This document shows positions 38,005 to 50,511 of a stretch of 64,000 nucleotides of DNA, piece after piece. The position numbers and the translations under genes were made by a program. Source of the stretch: Macrostomum lignano (taxonomy: Eukaryota). Each line of letters begins with the position of its first letter. Positions within the stretch are counted from its first letter, which is position 1. The stretch is taken from NCBI GenBank assembly GCA_002269645.1, contig NIVC01003393.1, forward strand, positions 35,997 through 99,996. Reading direction: 5' to 3'. The notes under the pieces were generated by a model. It was not told the DNA's origin. It saw nothing but the letters and a program-made list of their open reading frames with translations, and did no database searches.

Positions 38005-40752
38005 TCATTGTTTTTTCCCTTGACGCTTCCTCTCTTCTTCCGCCAGCTGATGCTGGCTGAGGTCTCTGAGCAGCCAGTGCGGCAGGAAGTAGAAAGGGGA
38101 CGCTGGCCCGTGCCGGGACACCAGCACCCGGTCCTGGCCGGGCTTCCAGTACAGCACAAACACGGCGCCGGCCTCGTCGGCCGTGGCGCAGACGCGGACA
38201 GCGTGGCTGAGGAACCGGTGCGCCCAGTCGAGGCCGGCCCCGGCGCTCCACTCGTCTGGCCGGAGGTGGCCGCGCGACATGGCCAACAGGCGGTCCACTG
38301 GCAGGCGGGCAACGTCGCGGAGTCGGCCGGCGGCGTCGCGGAAACCGGCGAAGATGCTGGGCACGCCGAGTAGGAAGCTCTGGGCCCACCAGCGTGGCAG
38401 GCGGCGGCGCCAGGCACCGTGCTGGCTGGTCAGCTTCAGCTCTAGCTGAGGGCATGAGGGGCGGGGGCAAACGGCGATTGTTATGACTGCTCAGAGGGGG
38501 ATTGTTATGACTGCTCATAGGGCGATTGTTATGACTGCTCATAGGGCGATTGTTATGACTGCTCATAGGGCGATTCTTATGACTGCTCATATGGCGATTG
38601 TTTTGACTGCTCATAGGGCGATTCTTATTTTTATGACTGCTCATAGGGTGATTCAGATTCTTATGACTGCTCGCCATGTGAACATGTTATGGCGATTGTT
38701 ATGACTGCTCATAGGGTCATTTTTGAGTGCTTATAAGGCGATTCCTATGACTGCTCATAGGGTGATTCCTATGACTGCTCATAGGGCGATTCTTATGACA
38801 GCTCATAGGGCGATTGTTATGACTTCTCATATGGCGATTCTCATGACTGCTCATAAGGCGATTGTTATGACTGCTCATAGGGGCGATTCTTGACTGCTCA
38901 TATGACTTTTCATAGGGCGATTGTTATGACTGCTCATTTGGCGATTTTTATGACTGCTCATATGGCGATTGATAACTGCTCATAGGGCGATTCTCATGAC
39001 AGCTCATAGGGCGATTGATATGACTGTTCATATGGCGATTGATAACTGCTCATAAGGCGATTTTTATAACTGCTCATAGGGCGATTCTTGACTGCTCATA
39101 TGACTTTTCATAGGGCGGTTGATATAACTGCTCATAAGGCGATTCTTGACTGCTCATATGACTTTTCATAGGGCGATTGTTATGACTGCTCATTTGGCGA
39201 TTTTTATGACTGCTCATATGGCGATTGATAACTGCTCATAGGGCGATTCTCATGACAGCTCATAGGGCGATTGATATGACTGTTCATATGGCGATTGATA
39301 ACTGCTCATAAGGCGATTCTTATAACTGCTCATAGGGCGATTCTTGACTGCTCATATGACTTTTCATAGGGCGGTTGATATAACTGCTCATAAGGCGATT
39401 CTTGACTGCTTATTGCTTATATGGCGATTTTATGGCTAATTTAATTGCATAACGTCCTCATAGAAAAAAATAATCCACAACAGGCTACTGAAAACAAGCA
39501 GACTGTAAAGAAAATGAACCACGCTAGCACTAACCAACTCATCGCCGTCGCAGCAGTCCACCTCGCCGAGGCACATCAGTCGAAGATTCCCCAGCCTGGC
39601 TTCAACTATTTCGCAGTAGCGACCGCCATCTCCGTCGCGTCCGCCTCCGCTTTCGCCAGTGGCCAGCGCCTCGAACGCGGGACCCCAGGCTGCCATGAGG
39701 CGGTCGCGCCGATTCCTTTGAGCTTCCAATCGTTGCGCCTCGGCGCCGGTGAACTGGCACAGCAGCAGGCCGTCGCCGTGGACTCGGATAGCCGCCACGC
39801 ACAGGTCCTGCTGGCGCTCCAACTGCTGGCAGGTCAGGCGGGTGAGCAGGCCGCGGCAGCAGACGATGCGGCCGGCCAGATTCGGCCGGGCCAGCCGCAG
39901 CCAGGCTAACAGATCGTCGATATCGCGCTGCCACGGCGGCTGCAAGGCGGACTCCCAGTCGGCCGGGCCGCCGGGCAGCCAATCGGAGAGGTTCAGCCCG
40001 GACCAATCGCGCGGCAGCCGGAGCCGCTTCAGCTGGCTGGCATCGAGTCTGGCGTGCGCCAGTCCCGCGCCAGGAACGGACAGGCGGCCAACCCGGCGCG
40101 GCCGAGTGAACTCCGGGAACGGGACGTCAGGATCCCAGCTGTCCGGCAGCCGGAGAGACAATTCCGGAATAGACAGGCGCGCCGCCGTTTCTAGCGACAT
40201 CGGGTCGTGCTGGCGCGGCTGCTGCTGGCAATCGGCCGCGGAAGATAGGGCGGAAACTGGGGCGGAAGATGAGGCGGAGACAGGGACAGAAGATGGGGCG
40301 GAGACAGGGACAGAAGATGGGGCGGAGACAGGGGCGGAAGATGAGGCAGAGACAGGGGCAGATGAGGCGGAGACAGGGGCGGAAGATGAGGCAGAGACAG
40401 GGGCGGAAGATGAGGCAGAGACAGGGGCGGAAGATGAGGCAGAGACAGGGGCAGATGAGGCGGAGACAGGGGCGGAAGATGAGGCAGAGACAGGGGCGGA
40501 AGATGAGGCAGAGACAGGGGCGGAAGATGGGGCAGAGACAGGGGCAGAAGATGAAGCGGAGACAGGGACAGAAGATGGGGCGGAGACAGGGACAGAAGAT
40601 GGGGCAGAGACAGGGGCAGAAGATGCGTCGGGGGCGGGCGCGGAAGATGGATCCAAAACGGAAGCAGATGCACTTGCTTTTGGGACAATTTTTGGAGTGG
40701 AATCAGACACTTGACCAGCAGAAGCCACGTTTGATAACCGGTGAGCACTCAT
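38005..40752 (-). CDS. DXO: Decapping exoribonuclease DXO/Dom3Z (RAI1 family), 552 aa
   Basis: Exons 40752-39535 and 38445-38005, joined by a phase-0 GT-AG intron. Motifs: PFPEFTRPRRVG, VCCRGLLTRL, WGPAFE, catalytic LGEVDC...LELKLTS and WWAQSFLLGVPSIFAGFRD. Confidence 0.9.
38472..39410. repeat. 24-nt minisatellite (GGGCGATTGTTATGACTGCTCATA), degenerate, filling the DXO intron
   Basis: Tandem array with higher-order blocks. Confidence 0.93.
40255..40625 (-). repeat. Coding 27/24-nt tandem repeat (SAPVSASSS-type) in the DXO N-terminus
   Basis: About 14 units in frame within the ORF; the length variants are multiples of 3. Confidence 0.85.
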
Positions 40753-41142
40753 ATTGGCCTATCAAGCGAGTTACAAGTGATCAACAGGTTTGAGTATTTA
40801 TTTTGCTAACAATGAATGAGCTGAACCAGAAGACCAGATCAATCCAGCCATGGACTGATGGGCGGTGGGTACTCATGAAAAACGACCGATTTAATATTTA
40901 CAAAAAACGATAATATAAAAAACGACCGAAAAAACGAGCAGTGATCTTCTCAGAAACCTAAACTAAAAAGTACAAGTAATACTATCTTTTCTTATTGGCC
41001 ACAGTAGTCTTTTATAATGAATTAATATTTTCAGTTATTAAACAATTTTTTCGAAGCGATTGCTACTAAACTACATATGCTCGTAATAATCTATCTGCAT
41101 ATGATGGTGACAGTTTAACCCGATGATTTGGGATGCTGGTGG

Positions 41143-41866
41143 CCCTGGGAGGCTGGCCCAGCAACTGAGGATCTGGGAGGCCCAGCAACTGAAGATCTGG
41201 GAGGCTGGCCCAGCAACTGAGGATCTGGGAGGCTGGCCCAGCAACTGAGGATCTGGGAGGCTGGCCCAGCAACTGAAGATCTGGGAGGCTGGCTCAGCAA
41301 CTGAGGATCTGGGAGGCTGGCCCAGCAATTGAGGATCTGGGAGGCTGGCCCAGCAACTGAGGATCTGGGAGGCTGGCCCAGCAACTGAGGATCTGGGAGG
41401 CCCAGCAACTGAAGATCTGGGAGGCTGGCCCAGCAACTGAGGATCTGGGAGGCTGGCCCAGCAATTGAGGATCTGGGAGGCTGGCCTAGCAACTGAGGAT
41501 CTGGGAGGCTGGCCCAGCAACTGAGGATCTGGGAGGCTGGCCCAGCAGCTGAGGATCTGGGAGGCTGGCCCAGCAACTGAGGATCTGGGAGGCTGGCCCA
41601 GCAACTGAAGATCTGGGAGGCTGGCCCAGCAGCTGAGGATCTGGGAGGCTGGCCCAGCAACTGAGGATCTGGGAGGCTGGCCCAGCAACTGAAGATCTGG
41701 GAGGCTGGCCCAGCAACTGAGGATCTGGGAGGCTGGCCCAGCAACTGAGGATCTGGGAGGCTGGCCCAGCAGCTGAGGATCTGGGAGGCTGGCCCAGCAA
41801 CTGAGGATCTGGGAGGCTGGCCCAGCAACTGAGGATCTGGGAGGCTGGCCCAGCAACTGAGGATGT
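41143..41866. repeat. 28-nt minisatellite (GGCTGGCCCAGCAACTGAGGATCTGGGA), ~26 copies
   Basis: Tandem array; it explains the 28-aa periodic ORFs. Confidence 0.95.
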
Positions 41867-42716
41867 GGGATGCTGACGGGTGGGCCTGAGATGGAGTTGT
41901 GAGATAGGATTCCAGGCCCTAATAGTATACAACTGGACATCAGGATGAAACCAAATGAAAGCAAATCAGGAAAGCCAGTACAGCAAGTTTAGACTCGGCG
42001 ACGACAGTACACAGCACATTATACTTATATGAACAACAATGCTCCATAAATCTAGATAAATTATCTCCATATAAAATGACTGCATGAAATATTATTTGCA
42101 ACAGAATAGAGCAAGCAAGCAATTGATAATACTGCCAAATTACAAACAGAGCGCAAAGTTTAGCCGCAGATTTGAATAAAAGCAAACTACAGTTTCTATA
42201 CCTTAATCAATACGAAATGCACTACTGTTCAGTAGTAGGGATGCTAAACTACATTAGCAACATCTATTTATATACAAAGTCTGCACAAAGAGTAGCTATG
42301 TACAACTTCAGTGAATGCAATATCCCTTACAGAGACAGGCAATGAAAAAATATCTGCTTGTGACAATGCCGCACTTGTGCAAAAACAACGCGGCAGAATG
42401 CCTATTAAAATCACTAGTTAGCCTTCCCATTGTACCATTTTGACTATTCGCTAATTAATAAGGCAATACAAAACAATAGAATGAACGTTAACCTGAGTCT
42501 AAGTTACAATTCGTTATCTCATTTTTAGCAATTCTAAAACGCAAACGCAAATTAATAAGCCACTAATAGTAGCATAGCATGGAAAATACTAAAATACGAA
42601 AATAGGTTTTCTTGAAGGCCGATTTTAGAAAATGACACGTGACACTTAACCCGCATCATATTGCGTGTGTGTGTGTGTGCGAGTTGGATGGAGAAAGAGA
42701 CTGTGTCAGCTAAGCC

Positions 42717-43956
42717 TCAGCCGGCAGTGATATACAGTTTAATTCGTTCGGGCAGAGGCAGCCTGCAGATCTCATCATTGCTATACATTCGCAGTATGGC
42801 CAGCAGGCACAGATCCGTGAGCGGCGGCAGGCGCTGGCAGGTTGGTATGATTCGCACCTGTTTAGTCTTGCCATAGACGTCAACAACGGCGAAATGATCG
42901 CGATCTTTATAGGGGAACGGCTGCTCGTCCGGGCCCATGTCGACGCCGTTGACTACCAGGTGGAGCCTGGCGAGGTCGGGCTCGGCGTCGCGGCCCTGGC
43001 CCTGTTCGGGCATAAAGTACACGCCTATCCTGGCGCCTTTATCAGTGTCTGTGCCGCGCTTCAATGTGTGCCGGGGCACCAGATTGGGATAGTGCACAAG
43101 GCCGCAGGGCGATTGGACTAGGTTGCCGCGACGGCGAAGTAGCGGCGACGGCGAGGATGATGAGGCGGCAGCGGCACCGGGGGAGGCAGCAGACGAAGAA
43201 GACGCCGATGATGCAACGCCGCCCACTGTGCGCACGTAGGAGCGGCCGAATCTGCTGCTGAGGTCGGGCACGGCGAACTTGGGCAGCCGGGGCATCGCGT
43301 CTGGCCGGACCTGGGGAAGGCGATAGTTATTTAGGACAATAAGTTCTTTTTTCCAACCAGAAAGAGAATGGCGCCAGCGGTCTTGAGTACAGGAACAATG
43401 TAGAATCATTACAATTCATACAATAATAGGTTATTTTCACTAGTGCAGTCTCTGGCATTAATACCATATTTTTGGCCACTTTAGGACTGAACCACTGCCT
43501 GCTTCTCTGGTTAGTTAGTTAGGGGGGTGGTCTGCCCTTATGCTCGAGAACTGCGGGAGCCAAGGCAAATTAATTTTGCAAGCACGAGCACAGAATCTAA
43601 GTCGGGTACTTTGATGCGGAGAGAGCAGATGCACCACTAAGCACTGATCTGTTTCTGCCCCCACCCTTCTCCCAGTTTCCTGGTCCCTAAGATCGATGCC
43701 TTAGAAAACAAGGAAAATTTTTAATATAAATTTTTCTTCAAATGCAATTAAATCTCACCTGCGTGATGCCCACCCGGAGGTCGCCACTCCAGCCGGACTC
43801 AGTCTGTGTCACCTCAATTAGAAACAGCTCGCCTGCGCGCAACGGCTCAGCGCTGAACGTGAGGCCGTGAGCAAAACTGCGCGTCCGGGTGGCTGTCTGG
43901 CCGCCATTGCTAAGCCGGATGAAGCGGCCATGCCGCTGGTGGAAAGCCTGCGACAT
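42717..43956 (-). CDS. NEURL2: Neuralized-like protein 2 (Ozz-like; NHR domain plus SOCS box), 263 aa
   Basis: Exons 43956-43759 and 43310-42717, phase 0. NHR domain: FHQRHGRFIRLS...SFAHGLTFSAEPL...GWSGDLRVGITQ...VNGVDMGP...AVVDVYGKTKQVRI. SOCS box: LPPLTDLCLLAI...LPLPERIKLYI. Confidence 0.88.
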
Positions 43957-44381
43957 GGACCTGGAATGAGCGAGTAGGAGTCTGCACCTATAGACTGACT
44001 GAGCCAGAGCCAGAGTTAACAAGTGACTGGGTCAGTCTTAAGCAACTGAGCCAGAGATAACAAGTGATTAAGTCAGTCTAAATATTAAATAACAAAGCAA
44101 CTGATTAGTCCTCGGTTTTTGTGTCATACTGTATGTCATGACACATCAACTTTAATTCTGGAATCTTATACAAGTTGAAAATTATATTTTCAAAATCAAA
44201 ATTGGCAAAATTTATAAGTTTCATTATTCTATCTCTAGCTATGAAATCAAAGGTTTTAATGCCATGGTTTTTTAAGCCATTCAAGACACCTATTATGTGA
44301 CTGACTAAATATTTTAAGGTATAAGAAATATCCTGTAAAGTACAGGTCATTTTGGTGATAAGCTGCTTCCTCCTTCCTCCT

Positions 44382-47300
44382 TCCTAATACTAAAGTTGGT
44401 GCGATGATTGTTTGTTTGTTTGTCTGTTTGTTTGTGTGTTGCATAACTCCTCCTAGAATACTTGCAAGTCAGCGTTGAAACTTATATGGGGAAACTGCAA
44501 ATTTTCCGGGGACTGCAGTGGGCTATTTCAATTTTTTATTTTCACATTTTAAGATCCCTAAAAAAGCAGAAAACTGATTTCCTAACCTTCTCTGGACACT
44601 TTTTCTGCTCGGAGCCGAAAATTTGCATGATTTTGAGCGATTGCGCCACAACTTTCTCCTATCTCTGTAGTGTATTTTCTCGCCAGTGGGGTTGGTCGCG
44701 TTCTCAGTGGCAGCGTGTGTACAAGCGGACCCCGGCTGAAAAATTGAACTGTGTGTATTTCGTGGGGTGGTGGGTAAGTAAGCGCAATTATATGGCTATT
44801 GTGCTGAGATTCAATTGGTTTTATTATCAGCGCCTTTCAATTGACTGCCCTGTGCATTGGTTAGACAGTGAAATTCAATGAATAAACTTGCGGGCCTCTT
44901 TAGCAGGCAGTGAACGTATGAACGTACACTCAATATTGCAATGCTATAAATCGGCAAATTTCAAACTCAGACTGTTGCTGGAGTTTTTAACTTTGAGAGG
45001 AGAGACTTATATTGCTGGAAAGAACTTGCAACGCTGAGTTCGGGGATATAAATTGTTTGCTTTAAATATGAAAACTAAATGCTCTGCATTGGAAAAACTA
45101 TTTCCATACTTTTAACTTATTGCAAAGATTGTACTCATTTTAGGAGTTCAATGGTGTTCGACTGACCCCCAACAGTTGGGGGGGGGGTTCAATTTCTAAT
45201 TGCCACTGCGTATTGGAAGGGGGTCGGTCGCTGTGTATTGGATGGAGGGTTGATTTAGATTGCGCAATATTTTTGTTAACTTTAACTGAGACTGATACTG
45301 ACTGACTTAGAAATACGAGCGTAAATTGCGCAATCTTTTGATTCAATTATCTCATTTTTTATCGGACCTTTTCAACACGCAGCTCTGTGCAGCTCCAACC
45401 CTAACCCTAACCCTAACCACTGAATCCTGAGAGTTTAGTTGTTTGACGGAGAAACTTTCGATTGAGTCCAGTTTCACGGAGAGGATTTCTGTTTCGCGGA
45501 GAGGATTTCGATCGTGTTCAGTTTCTCAGAGAGGATTTTGATGGATTTGGAGAACAGTTAGATAATGGGATTCGGGTCTTGGGATTCAGCTGATGGAGTT
45601 CAGGGAATGGAATTCCGGTGATGGGAGTTCTTCCCCTTTCTCCTCCATCGGAGGAGTTGGCCTCGTCTTCGTCTCGTCTTCGTCTTAATACTTTCTTAAT
45701 ACTAAAGTTGGTGCGTTGTTTGTCTGTGTGTGTGTGTGTTTGTTGGATAACTCCTCCTAGAATACTTGCAAGTCAGCGTTGAAACTTATGTGGGAAAACT
45801 GCAAATTTTTCGAGGATGGCTTTAGGCTATTTTAATCTTTTATTTTTACATTTTAAGATCCCTAAAAAAGCAGAAAACGGCAATTCTGACCTTTGATAAT
45901 CTTAATTGTACCCTTTTTCTGCTCGGAGCTGAAAATTTGCATGAATTTTGAGTGATTACGCCACAACTTTTTCCTATGTCGCCAGTGCATTTTCTCTCCT
46001 GTGGGGGAATGGGCGCGTTCTCATTGGCGGCGTGTGTACAATTGGACCCTGGCTCACTGGCTGACTTTATAGACAATTGCGCAACTATTTGTGTTCTGTT
46101 TTTTAACAGGAATCCCTGTGTAATTTTTGCACAGTGAAATTCAGTGCATTTTAATGCATAAACTTGCGAGCATCTTTAGCAGGCAGTGAACGTACACTCG
46201 ATATTTCAATGCTTAAAATCAGAAAGTTTCAAACACTAACTGTTGCTCGAGTTTTGAACTTAGAGAGGATAGACTGATATTGCTGGAAAGATCTTGCTGC
46301 GATGAGTTCGGGGATATAAGTTTTTTGCTTTAAATATGAAAATTAAATTCACAGCATTCAAGAAAAGATTTTCATACTTTTAGCTTTCTGCAAAGATTTT
46401 GCTCATTTTGGAGTTCAATGGGGGTTCGACCGACCCCCCCCCCAATAGTTAGTAGGGGGGGGGGGTTCAATTTCTAGCTGCACTGCGTATTGGAAGGGGG
46501 TCGGTTGCTGTGTATTGGAGGGCTGATTTAGATTGCGCAATCTTTTTGTTAACTTTAACCGACGCTGATACTGACTGCCTGAGAAATAAGTTGCGCAATT
46601 TAATTGGTTCAATGTTTTTACGGCGCCTTTCAACACGCAGCTGTGTGTAGCTCTAACCCTAACCCTAACCCTAACCAATGAATTCTGAGAGCTGGGCTGT
46701 TTGACGGAGAAATTTCGATTTAGTCCAGTTTCACGGAGAGGATTTCTATTTCGCGGAGAATATTTCGATGGTGTTCAGTTTCACGGAGAGGATTTCGATA
46801 GTGTTCAGTTTCACGGAGACGATTTCTGTTGCGCGGAGAGGTGTTGGAAAATGGGATTCCGCTGATGGAGTTCAGGGAATGGAATTCCGCTGATTGGAGT
46901 TCTTCCCCTTTCTTCTCCGAAGGAGGAGTTGGCCTCGTCCTAATACTAAAACCGACGCGATGTTTGTCTGTCTGTATGTCTGTCTGTCTGTATGTAGCAA
47001 GTGAACTCCTACAATTCTGCCAAGTCAACGTCGAAACTTATATGGGAAAACTGCAAATTTTCCGGAGCAGGCTTTAGGCTATTTTAATTTTTAATTTTCA
47101 CATTTTAACATCCCTAAAAAAGCAGAAAACTGCTTTTTTAACCCCCAATAACCTTCTTTGGTCACTCTGCCTGGGGCTTCAGCCAGTTTGTAAAAATAGC
47201 CACCCCAACCTCCGCCCGCGGGCCGCTGTGTATTGAGGGGTGGTGGGTGCGCGTGTTCTGCGTTCAATGCAAATAAAACCCCCGCGTGTTGGGGGGTCGA

Positions 47301-49271
47301 GTTAAATTTAATGCTTCCCCCAGAACGGGGGTTGGGCTTGGGCTGAGTGTACATAGCAGTTGTACAGTGTAAATAGATAGACTGTGTCGAAATTCATTTG
47401 GTTTTATTATCGGCGCCTTTTTTCTCCATAGGCAGCCAGCCCTGTGTATTAGCTTGGCAGTGAAATTCAATGAATTGCGACTGCGAGCTTCTCTAGCAAG
47501 CAGTCGGGAAATCGGTAAATTTCAAACGCTAACTGTTCCTCGAGTTTTAAACTTTGAGAGGAGAGACTTATATTGCTGGAAAGATCTTGCAACGCTGAGT
47601 TTGGGGATATAAGTTGTTTGCTTTATATATGAAAAGAAAAAGCACAGCATTTGAAAAACTATTTTCATACTTTTAACTTTCTGCAAAGATTGTACTTAGT
47701 TTTGCGAGACGTAATAGATAAAGTTGGGGGGAGGGTTCAACTTCTCACTGCTGCTGTGTATTGGAGGGTTGATTTAGATTGACTGACTGACTGTGAAATC
47801 AGTTGCGCAATGAATTGATTCAATTAGTTCAATATTTTTATCAGTGCCTTTTAACACGAAGCTGTGCGTAGTTCTAACCCTAACCCTAACCCTAACCCTA
47901 ACCCTAACCCTAACCAATGAATCCGGAGAGTTCAGATGTTTGACGAAAAAAATTCGATTGAGTCCAGTTTAGCGGAGACGATTTCAATGTTTTAATTTTG
48001 ACGAAGAGGATTTCTGTTTCGTGGAGAGGATCTTGATGGATTTGGCATCTTCAATCAGTCAGAGTCAGAGAAGAGAGTAAAGAGAAGAATGAAAAGAGAA
48101 GAGAGATGAGATGATAGAAAACAGAGTAGAAATGAGTGGAGAGATTAGACATGACAGATGGGAGAGAAGAGGGGAATAAGGCGGGAACGAAGGAGAGAGA
48201 AGAGAAGATGAGAGAGGAGACGAGAGGGGAGATGTGAGATAGCAGAGGGGGACAAGAGAGATGATAGGAGAGAGAATAGAGATGAGGGATAAGAGCGTAC
48301 AGAGGTAATAGAAAAGAGGGGAAAGTAGAGGAGAAAGAAGGAGTGAGATGAGGGATGAGAGATGAGAGAGGAGGGGAGAGAGAAGAGAGGAGAAAAGAGG
48401 GGAGAAATGAGACAGGAGAGAGTAGAGACGAAAGACCAGGGAGAAGATATAAATAAGGTAGTATAGATGAGAGGAGAGAGAGGAGAGAGAGAAGCGAGAG
48501 GAGAAGAGAGAGAGGAGAGAGGAAAGAGATGAAAGATCAGAGATAAGAGAGTTAAGAGAAGGAAAGTAATGAGGAGAGGAGAGATGAGAGATGCGATGAG
48601 AAAAGAGATGAGTGAGAACATAAGAGAGAAGAGATTAGAGATTAGAGAAGAGAGGGGAGAAGATGAAAGGAGAAAGGAGAGGAGAGAAGAGAGAATGGAG
48701 AGGATAGAAAAGAGAGAAGAGAAGAGACAGGGGATAGTGGTAAGGAGGAAAGAAAGATGGGAGACAAGAAAGTAGAGTGTGAGAGCGAATATGAGATATG
48801 AGAAATGAGAAGCAGATAGGAGAGAAAAGAGAAGAGAGAGAGGGTTAAGAGAGACGATAGATAAGTAAGGAGAGATGACATATGAGAGAGGAGAGAAGAG
48901 GGAGAGATAAGAGAGAAGAGGAGACAGGAGACAGAAGTGAAGAGGAGAGATATTAGAGAAGAGAGGAGACAAGAGACAGGAGAGGGTACAAACGAAAGAC
49001 GAGGGAGAAGAGATAAATAAGGGAGTAGGGGTAGAGATGAGATGAGAGAGAGGAGAGAGAAGAGTCACGATAATAGCGAATAAAAGAGAGAGGAGATATG
49101 AGAGACGTGAGAGTCTTTGAGCTATGGTCTTTCAAAGATTTTGTAAAGAATTTGGAGACGATTTGGAAGATGGGATTCAAGTCATGGAGTTTCAGCTGAT
49201 GGATTTCAGGGAATGGAATTCCGGTGATGGGAGTTCTTCCCCTTTCTCCTCCGGAGGAGGAGTTCCACTCG
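44382..49271 (+). mobile_element. Head-to-tail array of three related non-autonomous Helitron-like elements (44382-45665, 45694-46937, 46938-49271)
   Basis: Each unit starts TC(C/T)TAATACTAAA followed by a (TTTG/TCTG/TG)n microsatellite and carries internal (CCCTAA)n. Each ends with a hairpin CT(C/T)CTCC-NNN-GGAGGAG followed by CTCG. The junction CTCG|TCCTAATAC at 46937/46938 is exact. Confidence 0.7.
48060..49115. repeat. Purine-rich (GA) low-complexity block inside Helitron-like copy 3
   Basis: About 1.05 kb of almost all A/G on the + strand, non-periodic; absent from copies 1 and 2. Confidence 0.9.
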
Positions 49272-49301
49272 TTTGTAATAAATTTTATTACAATAAATCT
49301 C

Positions 49302-50030
49302 TTCTACATATAAAAATCAAAACTCTGTGTGTGTGTCTGTGGACAATTTTGTTTGCTATGGACTCCCAAACCGCCCAACCAAATGCCACCAAATTTTGCA
49401 CCCGCCCTAAATTCACTACGAAGAATGTCTTAGGCTACCTTTGAATTTCCTAAATCCAAGTCTTCCTACCTTAAAGTGCAAAAAACTGCTCAAAATTCGC
49501 GATTTTTTTACTAAATCCTCCATAGCGCCGCTCCACTTCTACCGATCCTCTTCAAATTTGACACAATCAATCTTCAACTATTTTGACACAATCGTGTAAA
49601 ATTTCGAGTCTCAAAGTTAATCCTGAACGGCGCTGTGCACTTTTAAAGTTAGGCTGTTTTTTTCAGCAAGGCAGCCACCCCAACCTCCGCCCGCCTGCCT
49701 CTCTTTCCCGATCTAGGCAAAGGGTAAATAGGTTTTAAAATGACTATTTTCGGCTGCCATAAGTTTGCTCCAAGTGAAGCAATTGACTTCAAATTTGACA
49801 CAATTCTTTATTGACTCATCTAAATATACTAAATCTCTAATCTCTGTCTAAATGTAAAGTCTCAACTCTGTATCTCAATCAGGACGGAAACTGTAAGCAT
49901 GTGAAGTTTGTCTGCTTTTTCTGTTGTTTGTGCCGCTCACTCACTCATTCCCCAGAGCCAGACCAAGGGTCAGGCGATAGAGCTGAATGTACATAGCGAA
50001 TGTACAGTGTTTTGGAATAACTTTTTAATA
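49302..50030 (+). mobile_element. Additional Helitron-like fragment
   Basis: It starts TCTACATATAAAAATC plus (TG)n, a typical Helitron 5' end. It shares GCCACCCCAACCTCCGCCCGC and GCTGA.TGTACATAGC...TGTACAGTGT with copy 3. The 3' end is not defined. Confidence 0.5.
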
Positions 50031-50511
50031 GCCTTCCTTCCCTGCACCCCCGCGCGTGTAGACGAGAGGCTACCTGGCTACGTTTAGCCATGACAGTTTA
50101 GCCGCTTAGCGAGAGATTCAAACCACTGTCCTCTGTATAGACAAGTCTGCAGCAGTTTAACAGTGGATGGCAAATCAAGGCGATGCGGGGGTGTGGGATA
50201 AAAATAGCGAAAAATAAATGAATAACTGGTTATTGATTACAATACAATCCTACTAAATTAGTTACACCATCAAAATTTTAACTAAGTTTCGCATAAGGTT
50301 CAAAACTTTAAAATTTAATGGCTCCTAAGAAATGCGTATTTCCTTGGTTGTGTTGGACTGCTGCAGAGTGCAGACTGTGGTGGTGGTGATGGAGCTGGAG
50401 ATACACAAATTCCCCTCAGGACTGCTAATTGGCCAGAAAGGTGACGTGATTAAAGCATGAGAAATGATAACAACAATGAGAGTACTACGTCCCAAAAACT
50501 GGCTTTCGAAG

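Noticed and set aside
215-41870. CRISPR-like appearance of regular 20-46 nt repeats
   Set aside because: The units are directly adjacent with no unique spacers, there are no cas genes, and the context is eukaryotic.
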